Of a stretch of DNA of 64,000 nt, positions 55,801-64,000 are shown in pieces (position 1 is the first letter of the stretch; each line of letters opens with the position of its first letter). Origin of the DNA: Candidatus Hydrogenedentota bacterium (GTDB lineage: Bacteria > Hydrogenedentota > Hydrogenedentia > Hydrogenedentales > SLHB01); contig CAXXYE010000009.1 in the NCBI GenBank assembly GCA_963674865.2, positions 64,001 through 128,000 of the forward strand, given 5' to 3'. The notes under the pieces are model-generated. The model was not told where the DNA came from, searched no databases, and was given only the letters and a program-made list of their open reading frames with translations. The position numbers were made by a program, and so were the translations under genes.

Positions 55801-57820
55801 CGTCCAGTAATGACATGAGCGCCGCTTTGGCCGGCTCACCACCGACGTCTCCGAGCGCAAGCAACGCGCCCTTTCGCGTCGCCGCATCACCGCGCTTGAG
55901 CGCCAAGGCCAACGGCGGCGTCACTTGCTCCGGCGGCAAGTCCGAAAGGGCGGATATGACGCCCTGCTGTATGGCCTCATCGCCGAGGGCTCCGACCAGG
56001 AGGGCGATAGCCTCGTCCGTGCCGATCTTCCCCAGCGCCATGGCCGCGCCTCGACGCATCGGGCCGTAGTTATCTCGAAACGCCGTCCTCAGCAGCTTCA
56101 TAACCTGCGGATCGTCGATTCTCGCCAGCGCCGCCGCCGCCGCGGCCACCCTCCCGGGGTCGTTTTCCTTCAATGCCAGTACAAGGGGCTGAATCGCCCT
56201 CGGATCGCCGATATTGCCAAGCGCTTCCGCGGCAGCCGCCATAACGTGCGGGTGATTGCTACGGAACGCCGCGACAAGCGCTTCGGTGAAGACGCGATCA
56301 CGTGTAGCGCCCATCTCTTGCGCCGCAACCTTCTGCAGCCACCAGTCATTAGAGTTCAACAACTGGTTCTTCAGGGCGTCGGCGGCTTCGGTAGCGACAA
56401 CCGACTCGTATTCCGAGGCCGGTACATCGGGCGCTGTCTTGTCAGGTTCTCCCGCGTCAATTGCCGCCGCGAGCAAGACAGGTTCATCCACGATGATCGC
56501 GGCGCCGTCGGCCGCCGGACTGCTCTTCGGCGGCTCGTACATCCAGAAGGCCAAGTTCCATCCGCGGATAGTCTCATCAAACACGCCGGCCGCCAGCCTC
56601 GCGAACACGGATGTAGGCCCCCCGGCCGCCGGCCTCGCTACCTGCGCGAAAACCGTCAAAGCCAACGCCGCACCTACCACCAAGGCGAACACGCCCCGCC
56701 GTGACAGGCGCGCATGCGGCGCCGGGCCTTCGAGAAGCCGCAGAATACGCCGCCGCAACTGCGACGGCCGTCCACCGGCGCTCAACGCCGCCACATGTCT
56801 ATCATGGATCCCGATGCCCTGGCTGATCTCGGCCAAGTGCAGTAGCGATTCGGCGTAGGCGACGGCCTCGCCGCCTCCGTTAAGCGCCAAGTCGTCGCAC
56901 GCCTCCTCACGCTCGATGCGGATCAGGCGCGACACATACCACACGCCGGGATGGAAGAACAGCACCGCCTCAACAATGCGTTGGAGAATATTGATCAGGT
57001 GGTCGTAGCGGCGGATATGCGCCAGCTCGTGGCGCAGCAACAACTCCAATTGGCCCGGCGACAAGCCCGCGCAAAGCGATATCGGCAGCAGCACCATCGG
57101 CCGGAACACGCCCACCACCGTCGGCACCACCACCTGTTCGCAGTACGCGATGACAGGCGCCCCGTGAAGGCCGAGCGCGTCCGCGTGACGCGCGATGGCG
57201 TCGAGCAGCGCCGCGTCCTCCACCGGGCTGCCCATGCGCCGAAGCCTTTGCCCTCCGTGCACGGCCGCCGCCACGCGGGCCAGCATCACGGCAATCCCCA
57301 GCAGGTACAGCAGCGTAACGTGCCGGGCATACCGATCCCAGGCCACGCGGCCCCGCCACGCCCAGAGCGATTCGCCGGGCGATGCGGGCGATGCCTGATC
57401 AGCCGCCGCGGGAACAGCAGCCACGGCCTCCAAACGCTCAAGCGCGTTGGCGTCCACCTGCGCGGGCGCCGCGACGCCGGCCAACACTTCGCCGGCCGTC
57501 GGGACGGGCGCATCGAGCTCCATCTCCGTGGAAATTCCGGCGCCGGCGCTTGACGCCGCCGGCACTTCGACTGCGGGCGCGGGCTCCTGCGCCCCGCCCC
57601 ACAGGGACAACGCCGTGAAGGTGATGGGAGGACACACCGCCAACGCCGCGAAGATCAGGCAGAAGGCCCCGTATCGGAGCCGGGGCGAAGTCCGCCGCAT
57701 GAACATGTTGCCCAGGAGCCATGCCGCCAACGCCAGCAACGCCCCCTGCCACACGAAATGCGCCAACGTCAGCACCAGCCGGACGCAAAACGCTTCATCG
57801 AAATAGCTTAGAAAACCCAT
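52886..57820 (-). CDS. BlaR1/MecR1-type M56 metallopeptidase fused to HEAT (PBS-lyase-like) repeats
   Basis: HFVWQG, PTVVGVFRPMVLLP, RHELAHIRRYD zinc motif, FFHP, EREEACD, L.RRI.RLL; then about 1150 aa of VR..AA.ALG.IGD.RA..L repeats. Confidence 0.9.
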   Translation of the reverse strand: MGFLSYFDEAFCVRLVLTLAHFVWQGALLALAAWLLGNMFMRRTSPRLRYGAFCLIFAALAVCPPITFTALSLWGGAQEPAPAVEVPAASSAGAGISTEMELDAPVPTAGEVLAGVAAPAQVDANALERLEAVAAVPAAADQASPASPGESLWAWRGRVAWDRYARHVTLLYLLGIAVMLARVAAAVHGGQRLRRMGSPVEDAALLDAIARHADALGLHGAPVIAYCEQVVVPTVVGVFRPMVLLPISLCAGLSPGQLELLLRHELAHIRRYDHLINILQRIVEAVLFFHPGVWYVSRLIRIEREEACDDLALNGGGEAVAYAESLLHLAEISQGIGIHDRHVAALSAGGRPSQLRRRILRLLEGPAPHARLSRRGVFALVVGAALALTVFAQVARPAAGGPTSVFARLAAGVFDETIRGWNLAFWMYEPPKSSPAADGAAIIVDEPVLLAAAIDAGEPDKTAPDVPASEYESVVATEAADALKNQLLNSNDWWLQKVAAQEMGATRDRVFTEALVAAFRSNHPHVMAAAAEALGNIGDPRAIQPLVLALKENDPGRVAAAAAALARIDDPQVMKLLRTAFRDNYGPMRRGAAMALGKIGTDEAIALLVGALGDEAIQQGVISALSDLPPEQVTPPLALALKRGDAATRKGALLALGDVGGEPAKAALMSLLDADGAALRRAVREALADFHGDDVSEAIARGLDDPLYENRVAAARLLERRHYLPEAPSKQAAYYVAVGNWDLAATLGDAAFEPLMAALKAEKAETRWHAAATLGRIGDARAIDALAALLRDPARDPRVEATRALEAIGGPDVVEPLAFALRNSERDVRQLAATALISLGDARAVEPLCTALRDGHLGVRRGAAQALGRIGDMRAAPSLVVALRDEDNDVPRLAAEALGRLKAADALDALVSGIANEQNDRDTRLVFLRAIEDIGLASVKDRLEALVPSIADARVEDAVTRAVEGPQAVQTPVPTPPVLPAAPDALPTEAAPSAHAEHDAMDEASTLLVQLQDEDWWLRKVAAQKLGDFHGEPDAVRTVVGSLVKALKDETPRVQAAAAEALGELGDPSAIKHLVAVLKEKDDAVRAAAADALARFDDPQVSEFLALAVQAESYPLRTGAVEALSKLKPETAVPLLIEAFRSGGRGSIRREAAVTLAGFDKAVVEAPLLAAIDNENADIAAGAAMALGMLGTDEARQALLARAGDTTERPDVRYAAVAALAYFRDDKAVADALVGLLADPDFEVRRQAGQALQKLNVMPSERAARASFYVVTEQWVGARNLGADAVDPLILALGSKETGLPVAGRWQGAKYSTVNLPVRQSAAQVLGDIGDTQAVPALVALLRDPDEHVRGETARALGKLQDGRAVEGLVLTLNDSSTPVRLEAASALYQIKAPEAFEGLIRALTDPEARVRSMAVTGLGALQDTRAAAALVVVLDDAEDNVANTASGALLELGESGVPAIQAGFDSLRPKGRCRVAAVLSRLGESGIDTLLKALGDPAAEVRTAAVSGLGYVGVRRIVPPLIKALDDPDDTVRSEAAATLGGIGDPRAVGALMALVERETAKEGSEPSEICRVAANALAQIGEPRALPVLKAAAEKYGIEVSQQERGSDKRRRGRFLEIGEVIRDLEEKAAAEAENSASGGSE

Positions 57821-58209
57821 CAGTCATTGCTCCCCGTCTTATGCTCGACCAGCTCACGAAGCCTGGCCAGCTCATCCTCATCAAGATCGCCCGTCTCGAG
57901 CAGGTGAAGGGCCGCCGCCGCCGCCGAGCCGTCAAAAAGCCGGTTCACCACATCACCCACCATATCCCCCACCGTGGCCTGCCGGCTGACGCGCGGCGCG
58001 TAGACGAAGCTGCCGCCTTCTTTCGTCCGCCGGAGGTACTTCTTCTTCACCATGATATTCATTACCGTCATCACCGATGTGTACGCCAGATCCCGGAACG
58101 GCTCAATCGCGTCCCGTACCTGCCGCACCGGCTGTGGCCCATCCCGCCAGAGCGTCTTGAGTATTTCCAGCTCCAACTCCGTCGGATAACGTGACGAACT
58201 CCGCGCCAT
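57820..58209 (-). CDS. BlaI/MecI/CopY family repressor
   Basis: PTELELEILKTLW, LAYTSVMTVM, LFDGS, ELARLRELV; GGGAGG before ATG 58209; stop overlaps the M56 start. Confidence 0.93.
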   Translation of the reverse strand: MARSSSRYPTELELEILKTLWRDGPQPVRQVRDAIEPFRDLAYTSVMTVMNIMVKKKYLRRTKEGGSFVYAPRVSRQATVGDMVGDVVNRLFDGSAAAAALHLLETGDLDEDELARLRELVEHKTGSND

Positions 58210-58231
58210 GTTCTTCAATCCTCCCGGTTGG

Positions 58232-58301
58232 CTACTAATTGATTAGTAGATTACCGCGAGCCGGGGCGCGTTGTCAAGAACTTTTTTTAATTCGTTAGTA
58301 G
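58232..58301 (-). promoter_or_regulatory. blaI-like promoter with palindromic operator
   Basis: CTACTAAT-TG-ATTAGTAG (58232-58249) overlapping TAATCT (-10); TTGACA at 58277-58272; degenerate second copy ..TAATTCGTTAGTAG ending at 58301. Confidence 0.75.
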
Positions 58302-58466
58302 GCCCAGAAAGCTCGCCCAAAAGGCACTTTCGGAAGGGCTTAAGATCCCGTTTCTCACGCCATCTACTTCTACAAACGCAGGGACTATGCCGTTACGTCA
58401 GCTATGAAGAGGCCGCGTCTGTCGCCGCATCGGACTTTCATCAGACGGGCATGATAGAATCGTGAT

Positions 58467-61400
58467 ATGGGCGTTCCCGAAGTGAAAATCCCGGCAACTC
58501 ACCCGCCACGACGACGGCGTCGACTGCTAGTCATCCTTATTTGCGTCGTCCTCGGCCTCCCGGTGGCGTGGAAGATCGTCGAGCGCATCGTCAACGTCGA
58601 TCGCTTTTGTCCGCAAGTCGTCGCCGCGATTGAGCAGGCCACGGGCCTCCCCGCTTCGGTGGACGATCTCGACCTCGATCTATTCCCCCTGCCGAGCCTC
58701 GACGCCTATGCCGTGCGCGTGGGCGAAAACGATTTCGAGGCCCGCGCGGATAGCGTCGAGGTGCGCCCCCGTCTACGTAGCCTCTTGCGCGGTGCCATTA
58801 CGGTGTCCCACATCGGACTCGACGGACTTCGGATTACCATCCCCGACAACAACGCCACGCTCGCCGAGCGCGTCCGCACCCTCCAATCGGCGCTCTCATC
58901 AGACAAGGATCAGTCAGACACGGGGAAATCAGGCGTCGCCGTGCGGCGTATCGTGGCCGAAAGTGTGCGCCTTTACCGCGGCGCGTCCAAGGACAATGAA
59001 CCGGCCGCCGTGGCCGATGTTGAGCTGCGCGACGTGCTCAGCGATCGGATGCTCGTCAAGGGCGCTTCCGCAGTCCCTTATCTCGGGGAAACCGCCCGCG
59101 TCCGCGTGGCCCTCCACATCCTCCGCGATAAATCGACGCACGCCTTCGCGGGCACCGAAGGCATCGTTCGGCTCCGCAACGTGGACTTGGCGGCGCTGGC
59201 GAAAAACGCGGAAGCGCCCGAAGCCATCCTCGATCTCGATGCCGACCTTCAGACGGAGGCCACCGTGCCTCTCACCTTCGCCTTGTCCGGGAAGGCCGTG
59301 GGCCAGACAGCCAACGCCGACAGTCTGTCCGGCCCCATCTCCGCCCGGGCCGTATGGGATAGCGGCGCCTTTCGGATGGAAGACTTCGCCTGGCAAGGCC
59401 GCAGCCTTACGCTCCGCGCCAACGCAAGTCGATCCCCCGACGGCGCCATCGCCTGCAAGGTTTCCGAGGCAGAGGTAATGGCCCCCGCGTTACGCCTATT
59501 GCTAACACTCACCTCTTCTGGCGCCGTCCGCGCTGTGCCCACCGAGACAACCTCCCTCAATGTCAGCGGCCTGGCACTCGCCGCCGGGGCCGGCGGCTCA
59601 ATCGCACTGAACGCAGGAAACGCCGCGTTCGATGGCATCGATCTCGCGCTCACTGAGGAGACCGCGCTCCTCTCCGGACTCCGGGGACGGGCGGAAGTCC
59701 GGGAAGGCGTCCTGCACGTCACCGAACTGGCAGGGAGCGGCTTCGCGCTGTCCGGGACGCTCAGGCCGGACTTCGCCGCGAAGACTACGGTAGTTCACCT
59801 CCAGGGAGGCGCCGATCTCGCGGCGCTCTGGCCCGAGGGGCCGCCTTTCCCGAGCGCTATAAAGGACTTAAGCGGACACGTTACCTTGGGGCAAGTCTCA
59901 TGCACATTAGGCACCGGCCTCGGCTTTCCTCCGGATCTGGTTGTGGAAGCGACACTCAAAGACGGGCGCGTGTCCGTCGAATCAGCGGCCTTTTCCGATG
60001 ATTTTGATCCGATTTCCGCCCGTTTTTCTACCGAAACCGGCGGAATTTCGGGGGATATGGCCGCGGAATCAGCCACATTAGGCGCGTTGCGCGGTGCGGG
60101 CCGCTACGACTTCGCCGAACGGCAATGGGAAGGCGCCATGTCCGCCAATCTTCCCCGGCTTGCACAATCTTTCCTAGCCAACACAAAGGCGGAGGAACCG
60201 GCCCTAGCCGCCCTAAACGCTTACGGCGCATCTACTTTCGACGTTCAGGCCCAGTGGCCCGGGGCGGAGAGCATATTTGCGTCCCTCAAGTTTGCCCGGC
60301 AAGGGGAACCTGCCCTCTCGGGAGAAGTCGAACTCCTCGGCGGCGCGGACGGCATCACCCCCGGCGCCATGGCGTTTCGCGCGGCGTTGCCGCTGGACAG
60401 TCTGGCCGAAATCCTGCCGGGCGGCGTCACGTGCACCGGCGCCGCCCAGGCAACCTTCGCCCGCACAACCGAGGATCACCAGTTCGCTGCGCGCGTGGAC
60501 CTCACCGGTGCTGGGATCGCGGTGGGACAGTACATCGAGAAGAAGCCGGGGCAATCGGCCGTCCTGGACGTGACGGGAGACGCCGCCCCGGGACATTGGG
60601 CACCGGCCTCCGCAATGCTGGATCTCCTTGGCGAGACGCTCTCCGCACGCTTCGAGGAAGGAGGCGTGCACGCGGATGACTTCAGCGTGGGCCTCGGCGC
60701 CTTGGCGGCCTTGCTTCCTGAGGGCGCTACGGCAAGAGGCTCGATCCGTGGCTCGTTCGCTGCGCCGCCGGCAAGCTTGCGACTCGATTTCGACGACGCC
60801 GGACTCGCGTTGACGCCCGAATTAGCCATCGACAGCATTACGGGCGGCGTATCGTATGACTTCGGCAATATCACGGTTCGCGAACTCCGCGTGCAGGGCG
60901 CGCGATCCGACTGCACACTGTCCGCGGGCATGAAGAACGGCCTCTGGCAAGGCACGCTCGCGGGCGAAACGCTCGATCTCGACGCCCTGGCCGTGTTTTG
61001 GGACATGGCCAAGGCCCTGCGCACCGACGAGAAGTCCGCGCCCGCACCGGCCGCATCGAAGCCGCTGGAGGGCGAGTTCGCCATTGCCCTGAACCACGTC
61101 TACTTCCACGGAGAACCGCTCGAGCAAGTGCGCGCCGATGTAGGACTCTTCCCGGAGGCCATCCGCGTTCCCAATCTGGCGCTGGGCCTGGGCGAGGGCG
61201 CCATCACTGGGACGCTCGAGATGACGCGCGCCGCGCAGGATCAGTACGGGACATTCGCCGCGGCCTTATCCCTGGAGAATGTGGGCATCGAGGCCATCGA
61301 CCGCGTCGCCTTCCCGGAGCCGCGGGGCATGGCGGGAAGCCTCTCCGGGACGGTGCGCTTCTCCGCGCCCGTTGGCGCCGGCCCACCCGTCATGAACGCC

Positions 61401-61901
61401 GCGAACGGGGCGGTCGAACTCGAGGCCACGAGCGGCACTTTCGGCAAACTGGGGTTGGCTACGAAACTCCTGACGGTTCTCCGCACAACGGAGGTCTTCA
61501 GCCTGCGGCTTCCCTCGTTCAAGGACACGGGCCTCGTCTATGACACGTGCCAAACCACGATGGCCATGGAGAACGGCGTGCTCACGATCAAGCAGTTCAC
61601 GCTGAACAGCCCCAGTCTCGAATTGACGGCGGCGGGAACGGTAGACTTCCCCGGCGATGCGACGAATCTCGGTGTCCGGGCCAACCTGTTCGAGGGAATC
61701 ACCGGAGTCGTGTCGCGCGTTCCCGTCGTGGGCGCGGGTGTGGAGAAGATGAAGAAGGTGACGGGTTTGCGCTTGAGCGGCAAAGGCTCCCCGTACGACA
61801 TCAAGTTCCGCGTAGCGCCCGGACAGCGTGTCGAGGGATTGGTCGAGAAAACCGAACAGAAGGACGAAACACCCGACGCGTCGCCGCCGCAGACACCGTA
61901 A
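58467..61901 (+). CDS. AsmA-like protein
   Basis: N-terminal TM, IEQATG, RSLLRG, long beta-rich body, C-terminal NGVL...AAGTVDF AsmA_2-like region. Confidence 0.75.
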   Translation: MGVPEVKIPATHPPRRRRRLLVILICVVLGLPVAWKIVERIVNVDRFCPQVVAAIEQATGLPASVDDLDLDLFPLPSLDAYAVRVGENDFEARADSVEVRPRLRSLLRGAITVSHIGLDGLRITIPDNNATLAERVRTLQSALSSDKDQSDTGKSGVAVRRIVAESVRLYRGASKDNEPAAVADVELRDVLSDRMLVKGASAVPYLGETARVRVALHILRDKSTHAFAGTEGIVRLRNVDLAALAKNAEAPEAILDLDADLQTEATVPLTFALSGKAVGQTANADSLSGPISARAVWDSGAFRMEDFAWQGRSLTLRANASRSPDGAIACKVSEAEVMAPALRLLLTLTSSGAVRAVPTETTSLNVSGLALAAGAGGSIALNAGNAAFDGIDLALTEETALLSGLRGRAEVREGVLHVTELAGSGFALSGTLRPDFAAKTTVVHLQGGADLAALWPEGPPFPSAIKDLSGHVTLGQVSCTLGTGLGFPPDLVVEATLKDGRVSVESAAFSDDFDPISARFSTETGGISGDMAAESATLGALRGAGRYDFAERQWEGAMSANLPRLAQSFLANTKAEEPALAALNAYGASTFDVQAQWPGAESIFASLKFARQGEPALSGEVELLGGADGITPGAMAFRAALPLDSLAEILPGGVTCTGAAQATFARTTEDHQFAARVDLTGAGIAVGQYIEKKPGQSAVLDVTGDAAPGHWAPASAMLDLLGETLSARFEEGGVHADDFSVGLGALAALLPEGATARGSIRGSFAAPPASLRLDFDDAGLALTPELAIDSITGGVSYDFGNITVRELRVQGARSDCTLSAGMKNGLWQGTLAGETLDLDALAVFWDMAKALRTDEKSAPAPAASKPLEGEFAIALNHVYFHGEPLEQVRADVGLFPEAIRVPNLALGLGEGAITGTLEMTRAAQDQYGTFAAALSLENVGIEAIDRVAFPEPRGMAGSLSGTVRFSAPVGAGPPVMNAANGAVELEATSGTFGKLGLATKLLTVLRTTEVFSLRLPSFKDTGLVYDTCQTTMAMENGVLTIKQFTLNSPSLELTAAGTVDFPGDATNLGVRANLFEGITGVVSRVPVVGAGVEKMKKVTGLRLSGKGSPYDIKFRVAPGQRVEGLVEKTEQKDETPDASPPQTP

Positions 61902-61916
61902 CGGACATCGCAAGGT

Positions 61917-62864
61917 TTGGAGACATTTCACGTGACGCATGACGTACCGCCCGGGCCGCCCCGGATTCAGATACAAACACAGTCGGCCTGCAATGGCCGG
62001 TGCGTGTTCTGTCCGTATGAGGAGGCCGTCCGCTCGGGCCTGCCGCAAGGGCGCATGGCCCCGGAGCTATACCGCAAGATCATCGACGAGCTGGCGGAAT
62101 TGCATCCGCGCCGCATCAGCCTCTACCTCATGAACGAGCCTCTGCTCGATGATCGCCTACCGGAATTCACGCGCTACGCGGCGGAGAAGGTTCCCGACGC
62201 CACGACGCTGATCACGAGTAACGGCACGCTTCTCGATGAAGCACGGGCCGAGGCATTGATCGACGCCGGCTTGAAGCGCTTCAAGGTGAGCCTCCAATCG
62301 CTCGATAGCGAGATCAACCGGAAGCTCATGCAATACAAGTCCAGCAGCGAGGACGTGGTGGCGAACGTGCTCGCCATGAAACGCGTCAAGGACCGCAAAC
62401 GGGCGAAGCACTTCGACTTGCGCGTGTCGACCATCATCACCAACATGAACGAGGGAGAGATTCCCGCGGCGCGGAAGTTCTGGAAGAAGCACGACATCCG
62501 CTTTGTAACCTCCGCCCTCGAGAACCGAGGCGGCAACAGCGAGGTGGCGACGCAATTGAATCCGCACGCTATGCAGGCCCGCGGAGGCTACTGCATCCGC
62601 CCCGTACGGGAGATGTGCATCCTTTTCAATGGCGACGTGGTGCTCTGCTGCGTGGACTGGTTCCGCACGGTGGTGGTGGGGAACGTGGCGCGGCAGTCCA
62701 TCCGCGAGATCTGGAACGGCCCCCCGCTCGAGCGCATACGCAAGGCGCTCCGCGAGAACGCCCCCGGCCAGCCGCCCATCTGCCGCGACTGCACCGAAAG
62801 CGCCTGCCCCGACAGCCACCGGCGGGGACTCAAGGGCCTGCTCAGGCGGCTGCGCCGGGCGTAG
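61917..62864 (+). CDS. Radical SAM protein with SPASM/twitch domain
   Basis: CNGRCVFC, LMNEPLL, SNG; C..P...CILFNGDVVLCC...GN...IW...CRDC. Start may be GTG 61932. Confidence 0.88.
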   Translation: METFHVTHDVPPGPPRIQIQTQSACNGRCVFCPYEEAVRSGLPQGRMAPELYRKIIDELAELHPRRISLYLMNEPLLDDRLPEFTRYAAEKVPDATTLITSNGTLLDEARAEALIDAGLKRFKVSLQSLDSEINRKLMQYKSSSEDVVANVLAMKRVKDRKRAKHFDLRVSTIITNMNEGEIPAARKFWKKHDIRFVTSALENRGGNSEVATQLNPHAMQARGGYCIRPVREMCILFNGDVVLCCVDWFRTVVVGNVARQSIREIWNGPPLERIRKALRENAPGQPPICRDCTESACPDSHRRGLKGLLRRLRRA

Positions 62865-62965
62865 CATCCGCACCGGACGTCCCGCTCCGGGAAGTATTGG
62901 AGGAGCATTGTTCGAGCGCACCGTCTCCGCCGGTGGGAAAGATGGGCATAGAGGAGTTCCAGACG

Positions 62966-63712
62966 ATGAATCGTATGAAATGGCAGGTAGTCCTCGGGAT
63001 CATCCTGCTTGCACTATCCTCGGCATGCTATTTCCTGCACTACCTGATCTTCCGGGATCCGCATCACATCTTTATCTACCTTGTTGGGGATATTGCCTTT
63101 GTCTTCGTCGAGGTCCTGCTGGTGACGCTCATCATTCACGGACTCCTCGAGGGGCGCGAGAAGCGAAGCCGCCTGAGCAAGTTGAACATGGTTATCGGCG
63201 TCTTCTTCAGCGAAGTGGGAACGAAGCTGCTGAACGACTTGGCGCGCTGGGATCCCGACGCCGAAGAGTTGAAAGCCAGGATGAGGACGACGTCTCCCGC
63301 GCCGGGCAATGCGCTGGCCAAGATTCGTGAATCTCTCGACGGACACGCGTATGCCGTCGATTCCACCACAATCGATTGGCAAGATCTCCGCGATCATCTC
63401 GTCGAAAAAAGGAATTTCCTTGTCCGGCTGCTGGAGAATCCCAATCTCCTGGAGCACGAGTCATTCACCGACCTCCTCTGGGCGATCTTTCATCTCACCG
63501 AGGAGCTTGACGCGCGGCCGGACTTTGAGGACATGCCGGATACGGATCGCCGGCATCTCACCGGCGACGCAAAGAGAGTGTATGGGAAACTCGCCTCGCA
63601 GTGGCTGGATTACATGGAGCACCTGCGCACCGGCTATCCCTATCTCTTCTCCTTGGCGTTAAGGATGAATCCTTTCGATCCCAGCGCCTCTCCGGTGGTA
63701 TCGGAAACATAA
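62966..63712 (+). CDS. Membrane protein of unknown function (2 TM + soluble domain)
   Basis: ATG 62966 after GAGGAG; MNRMKWQVVLGIILL..., KLNMVIGVFFSEVG, LLENPNLLEHE, YPYLFS..R.NPF. Confidence 0.75.
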   Translation: MNRMKWQVVLGIILLALSSACYFLHYLIFRDPHHIFIYLVGDIAFVFVEVLLVTLIIHGLLEGREKRSRLSKLNMVIGVFFSEVGTKLLNDLARWDPDAEELKARMRTTSPAPGNALAKIRESLDGHAYAVDSTTIDWQDLRDHLVEKRNFLVRLLENPNLLEHESFTDLLWAIFHLTEELDARPDFEDMPDTDRRHLTGDAKRVYGKLASQWLDYMEHLRTGYPYLFSLALRMNPFDPSASPVVSET

Positions 63713-63745
63713 CGCGCCAGGCGCCTGGCGCCATAATCTTTTCCC

Positions 63746-64000
63746 CTACGCTCCGGAAGCCATATCCTTGAGTTCGCTCATGGTGAAGAGCGCGTGCAGG
63801 GCGAGGCCGTGTTGAACGAGGTTCTCCGCGCCTCCCGATTCTCTATCGATAACGCAGAGCACATCCGTGATCGCTGCGCCAAGATTGCGCAAGTCCGCCG
63901 CGGATTGCAGGATCTGCCCGCCGGAAGTGACGACATCCTCCACAATCAAGAGCGTCTTTCCCCGGACAGCGCCGCCGCGCTTAGATGTGATCCCCAAATC
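63746..64000 (-). CDS. pyrE: Orotate phosphoribosyltransferase, C-terminal part
   Basis: PRPP-binding IVEDVVTSGGQ, CVIDRE, ALFT..EL; continues beyond the window. Confidence 0.8.
   Translation of the reverse strand, partial: DLGITSKRGGAVRGKTLLIVEDVVTSGGQILQSAADLRNLGAAITDVLCVIDRESGGAENLVQHGLALHALFTMSELKDMASGA

Noticed and set aside
61917..62864. Radical SAM/SPASM as a tailoring enzyme of the graspetide
   Set aside because: It is about 9 kb away, separated by unrelated genes, and has no visible peptide-recognition element.

Overview
This is a high-GC bacterial chromosomal window, probably from a diderm, since it encodes SurA-, LolA- and AsmA-like proteins, Tat substrates and lipoproteins. The general style suggests Candidatus Hydrogenedentota, but that is an impression to be checked with the full-length 16S gene present here. 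Most of the window is housekeeping: rpsB-tsf-pyrH-frr-uppS-cdsA-prfB-lysS; a complete rRNA operon (16S, tRNA-Ile, tRNA-Ala, 23S, 5S) with tandem promoters; eno-ftsB-phoH-7TM/HD-ybeY-corC-corC; argA-proC-divIVA-lolA-maf; aspC; nadB; and partial pyrE. Accessory genes include a Tat sulfatase next to an Opp/Dpp-type ABC importer and an esterase, and a BlaI/BlaR1-type pair whose sensor is a duplicated HEAT-repeat solenoid. The main discovery is a two-gene graspetide (omega-ester RiPP) locus at 51844-52894. It has a 41-aa precursor missing from the ORF track (MKRTKEITKKRLFIKELELPAMAKGGDVTTLAIGEECWKGA), with a plesiocin-type LFIxxL leader motif and a single TTLAIGEE core, immediately followed by a RimK/PsnB-like ATP-grasp ligase. 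Other oddities are a phoH gene lacking a canonical start codon for its N-terminal segment, a prfB without the programmed frameshift, an S2-leader RNA, and a 169-bp intergenic element with 15-bp inverted repeats. All calls come from manual reading and motif recognition; no searches were run.
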